This document shows, piece after piece, positions 50,600-61,496 of a DNA stretch of 64,000 bases. The stretch lies in contig BCKZ01000031.1 of the NCBI GenBank assembly GCA_001600815.1, forward strand, positions 1-64,000. Direction: 5' to 3'. The position numbers and the translations under genes were made by a program. Source of the stretch: Alloascoidea hylecoeti (taxonomy: Eukaryota). Position 1 is the first letter of the stretch. Every line of letters begins with the position of its first letter. The notes beneath the pieces are model-generated. The model had not been told where the DNA came from, did not search any database, and saw only the letters and a program-made list of their open reading frames with translations.

Positions 50600-51430
50600 A
50601 GAATGAATATTAATCCCACTAATAGATATAGAACCTTCACTATTTTCAAGATTCGCAGGTGTCCTATTTCTCTCATTACATAGAGGGCACGCTTTATTAG
50701 TACGAATATGACCAAGTTCACCACAAATATCTTCTTGTAGTTGATTTACCTTTACCAATACCTTTACCGGATAATGGAACAGCTGAATCTTTATTATTTT
50801 TTGTTGCTTTTCTTGCATCTCTTCTTTCTTTATTTCCTTGAAATTTTTGTAGTTCTCCTACAAGCATTTTCCGTCGTCTTTTATTTATAACCTGGAGCAA
50901 TTGTTTCCAGTTCCAATTCAGCAGGTTCCATTGTTTGTCATTTTTTAATATACGTTCTAATAACCTTCGGATCTCTAACAATTTCAGTTGTTCTTTGAAT
51001 AATGTTATTTTCGTCACGTATTCTTCTTGTGATTTTAAGAATCGATTGATATATTGAAATTTCTCATTAATGCCTTTTCAGTTTTCGGTATTGAAACAGT
51101 TATTTTATCATTTGAAATATTTGTTTTCCTTTTTTCAATATTAAATAGAAGTTCCGGATCGTTTAAATTGAACTGTAATTCTGTTGAAAGTTGACCTTTC
51201 AAAATCATATCATCACCCATAGACCATTTATTGTCATCCATTAATTTTGCTCTTTTACGCCGTGTTTCAAGGTACTCTTTATTGTGTGTGCCACTATCAC
51301 TATTTAGTATTTGATCATAACTACATTCTATCGACGCCAGAACTAAATCATTTGCTCGTATATTTCCAAAGAGCTTTATTTGATCATCCTCACCGGTTAC
51401 CTTTGAATTTGTTGGTTCTAATACCTTGAT
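50600..51430 (-). pseudogene. TAF1 (TFIID subunit 1) pseudogene, internally deleted
   Basis: FNLNDPELL...FNISID joined directly to C-terminal motifs EIVRDPKVIRTYIK, GKGIGKGKSTTRR and CGELGHIRTNKACPL, which lie in different frames. Confidence 0.8.
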
Positions 51431-52145
51431 GTCAATGTAAAACGGAAAGGAAGACGATGAGAGGTAGCTATAGGTGGTATGCACGTGCACGTGTGTGAAT
51501 ATGGGTAACAACTCCATCTGTTACGAGAAGCTCACGATCGCGCTACCAGAAGATTAAATAACCTCACAATTAAAAAGGCCATTGACTACGGAACATCCTT
51601 CATTCAGTTTGATGTCCTGGAAAGAAGCTGATCACTACTTACTTACATGATTGACAAGCTAAGTAGTGTTCGAGTTATTATAAACCAATTTGCAAAGACA
51701 CTAAAGAGATAATTAAGAGAAAAATGGTAACAGAAAACTCTGTATAACCACTCTAATTTAGTTGTATGTCTTGGTCTGCTCTGTGGTTGTAATTGGTAAA
51801 GTGATGGTGGGTATGCTATATTAAACAACTTTGGCCATATCCTTCTGGAGGCCTATCAGCTGCGTTTGATTACTTAGGTGGATTACGAATATATTACATC
51901 AGCAACTACATAAAAATCATGAGACTTTGAAATCAAAATCGAGATCCGTAACGGGAACGGATGTCAATTATTAGCAGTTGGTTAATACGAGTATATTTAT
52001 TGGATTAGACAAATCAACATTTAGATATTTAGACAATTGTATAAATATATATTAAAATTTGAAACAAAATGTATTTTCATTTCTCTTAAACAATCGATTA
52101 ATTGTAATTACAATTGTAAAGTAAAGTAATTATAAAAATAAAGAT

Positions 52146-52559
52146 TTAATCTTTTCTATGGACGTTATGTTTATCGTTCCAAAACAAAGTTTTATCACCA
52201 TCACCCCAAAAGAAATCTTTATTTCTAATATTTTGATATTCATATTCAGGATGTTCAGGTGCTTTTTTATGCTTAGCATGTTCGAAATGTTCCATTTCAA
52301 CACCATAAACATAATATGTTACTAGACCAAGTACAGGAGCAGCAACGAATAAAGAAATGTTTTTCCAAGTACTAGAAGTGTGGCCGGCATGATCAGAGGT
52401 TGCCTTGCGGGAATCAATGAATTCAGCAGCAGCTTGTTTGTTTGGGGCAGCAGGATATGGGTAAGTTTCTTCTGCGTGAGCCTGTGTGTGGGCCAGACGT
52501 GCGACGCAAGCAGGACGTGGAAGAACCTTTGGTATGGTGCGAATGGAAGATCTGAGCAT
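52146..52559 (-). CDS. COX13: Cytochrome c oxidase subunit VIa
   Basis: WKNISLFVA, YEYQNIRNKDFFWGDGDKTLFWN; presequence-like start MLRSSIR at 52559. Confidence 0.96.
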   Translation of the reverse strand: MLRSSIRTIPKVLPRPACVARLAHTQAHAEETYPYPAAPNKQAAAEFIDSRKATSDHAGHTSSTWKNISLFVAAPVLGLVTYYVYGVEMEHFEHAKHKKAPEHPEYEYQNIRNKDFFWGDGDKTLFWNDKHNVHRKD

Positions 52560-52731
52560 TATTGGGGAAGTTGTGGTGAAGAAAAGAAATGGTGGTCTTA
52601 TTTTGCCAAACTGAGGAGCGTGTGATTGGTTGTGGATGTGAACGTGATTACCACGTGACGTCATTCTAGCTCTGGCATTTGTGAGCCTTTACATTTTCAT
52701 GAACAGTTGTTAAACATCACCAGAAAGCAAG
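52560..52731. promoter_or_regulatory. 172-bp bidirectional COX13/RTS1 promoter
   Basis: TGATTGG (CCAAT) at 52623-52629; CACGTG at 52652-52657 overlapping TGACGTCA at 52656-52663. Confidence 0.65.
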
Positions 52732-54700
52732 ATGATGAAAGGTTTCAAGCAGCGTCTGACCCGCAAACCTTCGAAGAGAAAGGACAAGAAGGAGAAGCGG
52801 GACAAGAAGACGTCTCTTCTGCCAGGGCAGTCGCAGCCGTCGTCCGGGCAGAGTCAGTCCCCCAACACCCCCAACACCACCACCAACTCCAACACCACCC
52901 CCCAGGCACAGGGACAGGGACAGCCCGCGGGTCAGGGGTCTCCGTCCAGCTCCTCGTCCAACCTGCCCGCAAACACCCCCTCTGGCAGCGAGGTGCCGAC
53001 CGTCAGCATCAGCATCAACCCGTCTCCGCCCGTGGATCCCAATCCCACGCCCGTCTCTGCTCACGTGGCCACGCCCTCAGTGCAACAACAATCAGACATT
53101 GACATTCCCAGAAACAGCCACTCGTTTGAACGTTTACATCTCGATGCTGATGGTATAGACAGAATCCGTTCCCCCAAACGTCACAACTCTTCCCGTTTTG
53201 AACCTTCGTCCAAAACTGAGTTTGAAAAATTACCTTCTTTTAACGAAGTACCCCCGACTGAACAGATCTCTTTATTCGTTAACAAAGTTAAACAATGTAA
53301 TGTCATGTATGATTTCTCGGATCCGGCTTTCGACATCCGGGGTAAGGAGCTGAAAAGGTTAACTTTACAAGAATTAATGGAATTTGTAACAATAAATCGT
53401 TTCATGTATTCTGATGATATTTATAAACAAGTCATATCAATGTTTAAAACGAATCTTTTTAGACCAATCCCTCCTCCTGTTAATCCAATTGGTGATATTT
53501 ATGATCCAGAAGAAGATGAACCGGTTTCTGAAATTGCTTGGTCACATATGCAAGTAGTTTATGAATTTTTTTTAAGATTTGTTGAAAGTCCGGATTTCAA
53601 TCATCAAATTGCAAAACAATATATTGATCATGAATTTGTACTTAACTTATTAGAATTATTTGATTCGGAAGATCCAAGAGAACGTGATTGTCTTAAAACT
53701 ACTTTACACAGAATTTATGGTAAATTTTTAAGTTTAAGGAGTTTTATTAGAAGATCAATAAATCATGTTTTTTTACAATTTATTTATGAAACTGGTAGGT
53801 TTAATGGAATTGCTGAATTACTTGAAATTTTAGGTTCAATTATAAATGGTTTTGCTCTACCTTTAAAAGAAGAACATAAGATCTTTTTATGTAGGGTTTT
53901 AATACCTTTACATAAACCACGTTCATTATCTTTATACCATCCACAATTAGCTTATTGTATTGTACAATTCTTAGAAAAGGATCCTTCATTAACTGAAGAA
54001 GTTATAATGGGTTTATTAAGATTTTGGCCAAAAATAAATTCTTCAAAAGAAGTTATGTTTTTAAATGAAATTGAAGATATTTTTGAAGTTATGGATCCAA
54101 CTGAATTTAATAAAATTGAAGTACCACTTTTTGTTCAACTGTCAAAATGTATTTCTTCTCCTCATTTCTTGGTATCTGAAAAAACTCTTAGTTTTTGGAA
54201 TAATGAATATTATTTAAATTTAGTTACTGATAATGTTAATGCTGAAGTTATATTACCAATTGTATTTCCTGCTTTATATGAAATATCGGCTTCTGAAACT
54301 TTTAATGATCCTGATGATCCACAAAATAATAATCAAACTGATTCTCAATTAGATATTGAAGATGGTACACTTGAAGATCTTGGTTTAGAAAGACCACCTT
54401 CAACTTCTGACTCATTAACAAATAAAAATTCTTCTGGTCATTGGAATAGATCAATACATGGTTTAGCATATACTGCTTTAAAAATATTTATGGATTCAAA
54501 TGCAATGTTATTTGATCATTGTACAATGTTATATAGACAAACTTTGATTGAAAATAAAAAAAGAGAACAAATGAGATTAGAAGGTTGGCAAAAAGTTGAA
54601 GAATATGTTCAAAAATTAAATATTAATGATGATTCAAATTTAGAAAATGAAAATGAAATAGAAAATGAAATAGAAAATGAAAATGAAAATGAAAAAAATG

Positions 54701-54731
<31 letters not shown>

Positions 54732-54813
54732 AAGTGTTGTTTTGGATGGAAAAGTTGAAGATAATCATGATGATAATAAAATTGGTAATACTGAAATTAC
54801 AATATCTACTTAA
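52732..54813 (+). CDS. RTS1: PP2A regulatory subunit B56, intronless
   Basis: Full B56 domain: [53 protein letters not shown]. Confidence 0.96.
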
Positions 54814-56238
54814 AGTTTTATTTAATTCAAACATTAAACAAAAACAAGAAAGAAAAAAATAAAAGAAATAAGAAAGCTACTAATGTTAACCATAATACCT
54901 TATTATTATTTTAATCTTGATTAATTTATTCTTATTTTTTTTTATTTTATTTAAGTATTGCTTTTGTTCTTATTTTTTTTATGTTTAAAATTTGCAAACG
55001 TGAGCTTGTTTTTTTATAATAATTCATTTATATCCATATTATCTCTTAATAGATGAATATTACTACCCATATAGTTAGTCTTGTGTCATAACATACATTA
55101 TTCGAAAATTTAAAAACTTATGATTTATAAGTTATGAGTTATAAATTAAGTGAACGAAATCTATACATTGATTGATTCTTTCATACAAAAAAAAAAAATC
55201 TGTTTTACATAAAATATCATTATCATATTTACATGACTCTGAGTAGTTATCCCTTAAATATTTATTTTTGATTTTAATCTTAATTGTGTTTTTCTACTGT
55301 TCTTTTTCTCTTTTTATATTAATATCTTGTTGAAATTTTCATTCACATTATTATTATCATTGATAATGCGTATATAAGCTTGAATTGAAGATATAATTGT
55401 AACATAATGATACTAATTATATAAAGTTAACCTAGATGGGTGTTATGGCCTATACTTAAAAAAATCATTTAATTATAAATTATCTACAGTAGTAACTCAA
55501 CCCCCCTACCGGTCATTATGTGAGTATTGGTTTAGTGGATTCTCAAGAGGAATCTGAGGATCTGTATCAAATAAAACTAAGAGATAGAAGGTGTATCGTT
55601 TCCTCAGCAACAGAGAGGAACTGGAGAGCTGATACTAAATACTGTGGTCCTTAATGATCAAAAACTATTACCAACCGGTGTTCATAATTGTGATGAGACG
55701 GGCTGTTACTGTTTCTGCCCACAGGGGAGCTCAATTGGTCCTTTGAGTATAAGCGCCACGGGAAACTCTGTCACCACTCTTAATCCTGAAAGGAGCGAAA
55801 GTTCGGAAGGTTTGGAATATGTTAGGTCAGTGGTTGCCGTCTCTCTTTGGTCTTAGTCAAGTATGAAACTCTTCTTCTGCTACTAATTCGGATTGTTCAC
55901 CACTCACTCTTTGTTGGAATCCCTAGAAATCTGGTTGATCGATGTATTGGCTCAAGACGACTTCTTGCCATGGCGTTTAGTAGCCCCTCCTATTTATTGA
56001 TGCTAGTGCTCTGATGAATCTTGTGGAGTTTACCATTGTAAGTGGTTGTGAAGTGGTGAATGAGATGTCTAGAGAAGTGGTTAAAAACTCCGGAGTTGTC
56101 ATTCTGACAACCCATTATGTTATTTCTTATGGTAGCATTATTATACGAACTTAATATTCTAGGAAAAATTATTCGAAATCCAAAACATGTATACTATAGT
56201 TACATAAGATCTTATATAAGTTATAAGTTTATACATAT

Positions 56239-57234
56239 TTATTGAGGAATTTTAAGAGTCAATTTACCGGTTGTTTTTCTACCTTCCAACAATTCAGTTG
56301 CAGTTCTATAATCTTTCAATTCAAAAACTTTGATATCAAACTTTAATATCTTTTCAACAATTAATTTATTTAATTCCTGAGAATAATGATTCCATTCTTC
56401 TTTCGTAACAATATAACTGAAAAGACCAGGTCTTAAAAGTTTTAAATTTTTAGTTAACTTAAAAAGAGAAACTGGTTCAACAGCACCACTTGCATTACCA
56501 AAACTAATAACTGTTCCTTTTCTAGCAACAGATTCTAAAGAAATATCAAATGTTGTTTTACCAACACCATCGAAAACAGCAGCTACTCCATTTCCATTTG
56601 TCAATTCTAAAACTTTTGAAACTGTATCTTCATTTGTATAATTTATAATATATTCAGCTCCATTTTCTTTTGCCAATTTTGCCTTTTCTGGTGTTGAAAC
56701 TGTTCCAATTACATGAGCACCACGTAATGAAATTAATTGATCTAATATTAAACCAACTCCACCAGCAGCAGCATGAACCAAGACATAATCATCTTTTAAA
56801 ACATTATAAGATTCGGTGATGAAAGTTAAAGCAGTTAATGCTTGAATTAAAACACTACCATATATTTTAAATGCTTCTTCATCTATATCTTGAGGTAGTT
56901 TTAAAATCTTTCCATTTTCCGCTGAAACAGCAGTATATTGAGCAAAAGTAGATGCTGATAAATAAGCAACATTATCACCAATTTTATAGTTTGTTACTTG
57001 TGATCCAATTGCAACAATTACACCAGATGCTTCACGGCCTAAAATATATGGTTTTGTACTTTTATATAATCCAGTCCTAAAATATGATTCTATAAAATTA
57101 ATACCGGCGTATTTGTTTTTAATAAGGATTTCTGAATCTTTGATTTGAGGAACTGGAATATCTTCATATTTTAAAACTTCAGGACCTCCATTTTCATGGA
57201 TAACAATTGCTTTTTGAGTTGTTGGTAATGACAT
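56239..57234 (-). CDS. ZTA1: NADPH:quinone oxidoreductase (zeta-crystallin)
   Basis: GINFIESYFRTG, HAAAGGVG, DGVGKTTF, SFGNASG, LEGRKTTGKL. Confidence 0.95.
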   Translation of the reverse strand: MSLPTTQKAIVIHENGGPEVLKYEDIPVPQIKDSEILIKNKYAGINFIESYFRTGLYKSTKPYILGREASGVIVAIGSQVTNYKIGDNVAYLSASTFAQYTAVSAENGKILKLPQDIDEEAFKIYGSVLIQALTALTFITESYNVLKDDYVLVHAAAGGVGLILDQLISLRGAHVIGTVSTPEKAKLAKENGAEYIINYTNEDTVSKVLELTNGNGVAAVFDGVGKTTFDISLESVARKGTVISFGNASGAVEPVSLFKLTKNLKLLRPGLFSYIVTKEEWNHYSQELNKLIVEKILKFDIKVFELKDYRTATELLEGRKTTGKLTLKIPQ

Positions 57235-58064
57235 TATAGTTTCAATTTATAATACTAATGATTAATATGATTTTAGAAAAGAATTCGAAGTACCTGGGGG
57301 AAGGAGAAAGTTGGATTTTTATAATTAATTAGTAATTAGTAATTAGTGATTATTAATATTACGTGATAATGGTCAATCTTGTTTATTGATTACATAAATT
57401 ATTATACATTTTTACATAATCTAATTTCTAAAAGTAAAAACTTTTGTATGAAATGAATCTTTAAATGGAGAAATTTTTGATAAAAGTTTCTGATAAAAGT
57501 TTCTGATAAAAGTTATTTTGAAAAGAATAATTTTTCCAGATACATACCAGTGCATACAGATGTTGTGTGCTAAGTTGAATGGGAAAGTGTGGGTTTTTAT
57601 ATAAGGATTAGAGGGTGTTATGATCACATCAGGAATACTTAATGGCTTGATAGCAAGTAATTTGAAAATAAATCAACAAATGAATAGAGAAAACTAAGTA
57701 AGAAATTAATCATGATATATTATTGACTAGTAGTTGTTGTCCTGGGTCGTTAACCACGTCCAAAGAACAAAAAGAAAAAAAAAGATTACTAGCACACGCA
57801 AACATGCAACGATTTTCGTCCCCAAAAGATATAAATGGCAGTTGAAGTATCTTAATGATTATATTTGGAAAATTTGTAAGTATGCATGTAATAAGCCTAC
57901 TATAAGGGAGTTAATTAATACTTTTACCTGCAAAGACTCATCACATTCACCGAGTTGTGTGTATAATAAAGCTTATAGCTATAGGGTTAACCTCTTTTAT
58001 TTTATATTGTTTATTAATATTGAAACAACAACCATTTTAATAATTGCAATATGTCTTTACGCAA

Positions 58065-58270
58065 AAATTTAATACTTACTCAACAGTCGACTTTGTTTCC
58101 AATCTCCCTGTTGAAATATCTAATTTAATATTAATAGATAGACAAATCATCAAATACATTACTTCGTATGAGGTGATCCGCTGTTTTATCGCACCATATG
58201 TAGAAAGAAGCGTATATTCTAAAAAATATGGGTCATATCTTATATCCATCAGAACAAAAGAATAAAAGAA
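58065..58270 (+). pseudogene. Possible F-box gene fragment
   Basis: DFVSNLPVEISNLIL resembles an F-box start; frame ends soon after. Confidence 0.35.
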
Positions 58271-59141
58271 AATAAAGGTGCAACTACTGCAATAGGTGAA
58301 GAAGAAACAAATAAAATTGCCTGTGGCTATGTGGGGAAGGTGGGAACTGGATAACAATCGAATGAAATCCCATCGGACATCTACAATCATCTCATTATTT
58401 TATGTGATGGTCCTATGGGAATCATAGAAGGTCAACCAGCTGTGGGGGCCTCATGGTGATGTGTGAGCATTAATATTTGAAAAGGAGGTGGACTCTGGTG
58501 GAATAACTACCAACATCGCCAAAAAATATGAATTCAGTAATATTTTGATGCTCATTCGTTGTTTTTGTCTTATTTAACACACTCCTTAGGGATATGTGGA
58601 ATGGGCGAACTCTTTTGCAATTTCGTAACGGGATATTTTAGGGTTCTACTGCCTCCACTAAATATAAATTAATATAAGTTCTAACTTATACCTCATACTC
58701 AAGAGAAAAAAAATCGAATAACAATTGCAATATGCATTGTTAATTCGAACTCTGCCTACAAATATTTACTACAATAATCCTAAAATACTATACGGATTGC
58801 AAGATTTTAAATATCTTCAGATCCTTATGATGATCATGATCAGGCTAAAGGAAATTGAAATTTTCTATGAAGTATTAATATAATATATGTTATTGATGCT
58901 GATCAATTGAAATCGCAACTTTATAACAAAATAGAACTTTATAATTAGTACCATGGTCAAGTAATGCAATAATTTTAAATAAAAAAAAAAGTAATCTATA
59001 GAAGTCAAAACGTTGCAACATAAATATTTATATATAGTAACAACAAATAAAAGGCTTGCCCAATAATATAAAATGATAAATAATTCAAAAACAAAAGGAT
59101 TTCTTAATCTTAACTTATGAAATTAAGTTTAATTTATTCAA

Positions 59142-60151
59142 TTAATATAATAAAACTTTTATTCGAGTTTCAGCATCATTTCCAATCATTTCAGCATCTT
59201 CATCGATTGAATTAATTCCACTAACAATTTTCTTTAAAGTTCCCATGAAATCTTGGGAATCCCATATATTTTGTTGTTTACTATCGAGATAACTTGAATC
59301 AAGTATTATACCATCAATATATTTCCCTGAAATATCTCCATTTTGTAAATGGCGTAGAAATCGTCCTGGTGTTGCTATTATAAATGGAGGATATGTTTGA
59401 TTTTGAAATAATAAAGAATCATTTTTAAATGAATTTTTGGCGATTAATTTAATTGAGTTTAAAAATTTTCTATTGATATCACAAACTCTTATTGCGGACG
59501 TTGCAAGAATAACAATACATTTTGAATTACCAAGTGAATTGGTAGATGTTTTTGAGTTCTTTGGTTTCTTTTCCTTTTTCACTTTCGTCTGAGGTTTTAA
59601 ATATTGCATATATGGCAAAAAAACTAGTCAATTATAAAGTAAGTTAGTAATTTAAAAAAAAAATTTAAAAAAAAAATTCAAGAGATGAGCTTACATTCAC
59701 GAATAAATTCTTTATAACCATCAAGGTTTCTTTCCCCTAAATAATCACCAGTATATTTGAAATCCCTTGGTGACAAAAAAAACTGTTCGTTTAACTCTAA
59801 ACCAGATAAATTTGGATTTTTCACTCTTGCTCTTGTTGCAATAAAATCACAAACTAATTGAACATCATTTTTCCATAAGTTTTGCTTTTGTTTAACAAAA
59901 TGTTCAACTTTTAATTTTTTCTTCAAAGCAAGTTTTTCTTTACTATTGCCATTATCCCCCTTTGGTTTCTTTTTCCTTTTTACACCTCCAGTTATATCTT
60001 GACCGCTTGTTTGAACTTCTTCATCAGAATCAGAATCATAATCTAATCGCGATTCTAATAATTCCTCTGCAGCTTCACCATCAGATATATATACTTCATC
60101 ATATTCAATACCATCATCAAGATCATCGGCAACTGCCTTTGATGAAACCAT
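59142..60151 (-). CDS. CMS1: Cms1/CMSS1 (90S pre-ribosome factor); intron 59694-59624
   Basis: ADDLDDG, NPNLSGLEL, SAIRVCDI.R, KLIAKN, ATPGR, ILDSSYLDSK; GTAAGC..TACTAAC..TAG splices in frame. Confidence 0.88.
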
Positions 60152-60304
60152 TTTTAAAAGAAAAAGTTGAGAGTTTTCTTATTTACTTTCTTTTAAGTAG
60201 TCATGAAAAAATATTTTCCTGATGTCTGGTTACTAGTTACCGATACTTTAATGCAGGTAAATATACATCTCATAAATTATTAATTATGAATAATATCGGA
60301 AAAC

Positions 60305-60556
60305 TTATTCTTCTTCATATTCATCAGAATCATAAGTGTAAGATACAGACCTATTTTTATTACGAGTACTTCTTCTTGTTGCACTTTTCCTTTGATAAAT
60401 GGATATCGATTGTTGTCTCTTCAATGGCATGGTTTTAGTAGAGACACCATTGTTTTCTTCTTTCGCTACAATTCTTTTCGTAACATTTAGAGCTCTTTTA
60501 GAGAAAGCTCTTGTCAATTTCTTTGAAATATATTCTTTAAATCGATCTAAAATCAT
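60305..60556 (-). CDS. Small orphan ORF (83 aa, basic body, acidic tail); second copy 60968-61184 runs into the gap
   Basis: ATG to stop intact; head-to-head with the nuclease-kinase gene. Confidence 0.4.
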   Translation of the reverse strand: MILDRFKEYISKKLTRAFSKRALNVTKRIVAKEENNGVSTKTMPLKRQQSISIYQRKSATRRSTRNKNRSVSYTYDSDEYEEE

Positions 60557-61496
60557 ATCTGGAATGAAATTTGTTGTTACTATTTATCACTAGCACTTTT
60601 TTCTTTTTTGATGCCATACTTCTATAGTGATTAATAATATCAGTCCGCACGTGATGCAAATAATTTACCGTAATTTCGCAACATCCTAACAACTAACTTA
60701 TACACATTTTCTTTTCTTTGCCACCATGGAGACTATTACAGACAAATTCAAACAGTACAGCGATGAAATTGAGAAAATATTCAGTGAAAATAGGCATCAG
60801 CTATCCGAGGTGGACCCCAGCATTTTTTTTGGCGACCTTAGTAAGGAGGAAAATTTAAATGAGTTGANNNNNNNNNNNNNNNNNNNNNNNNNNNNNNNNN
60901 NNNNNNNNNNNNNNNNNNNNNNNNNNNNNNNNNNNNNNNNNNNNNNNNNNNNNNNNNNNNNNNNNNNAAGATACAGACCTATTTTTATTACGAGTACTTC
61001 TTCTTGTTGCACTTTTCCTTTGATAAATGGATATCGATTGTTGTCTCTTCAATGGCATGGTTTTAGTAGAGACACCATTGTTTTCTTCTTTCGCTACAAT
61101 TCTTTTCGTAACATTTAGAGCTCTTTTAGAGAAAGCTCTTGTCAATTTCTTTGAAATATATTCTTTAAATCGATCTAAAATCATATCTGGAATGAAATTT
61201 GTTGTTACTACTTATCACTAGCACTTTTTTCTTTTTTGATGCCATACTTCTATAGTGATTAATAATATCAGTCCGCACGTGATGCAAATAATTTACCCGT
61301 AATTTCGCAACATCCTAACAACTAACTTATACACATTTTCTTTTCTTTGCCACCATGGAGACTATTACAGACAAATTCAAACAGTACAGCGATGAAATTG
61401 AGAAAATATTCAGTGAAAATAGGCATCAGCTATCCGAGGTGGACCCCAGCATTTTTTTTGGNGACCTTAGTAAGGAGGAAAATTTAAATGAGTTGA
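60339..61496. repeat. ~530-bp direct duplication flanking a 100-N gap (60339-60867 and 60968-61496)
   Basis: Near-identical copies with a few differences, e.g. TTACCG versus TTACCCG; possibly overlapping contig ends. Confidence 0.9.

Noticed and set aside
52707..53102. Overlapping alternative-frame and antisense ORFs in the RTS1 5' region (also in MCA1)
   Set aside because: Expected from local high GC; low-complexity products
60726..61118. 130-aa ORF spanning the N gap
   Set aside because: Artefact: duplicate 5' end of the nuclease-kinase gene read through Ns
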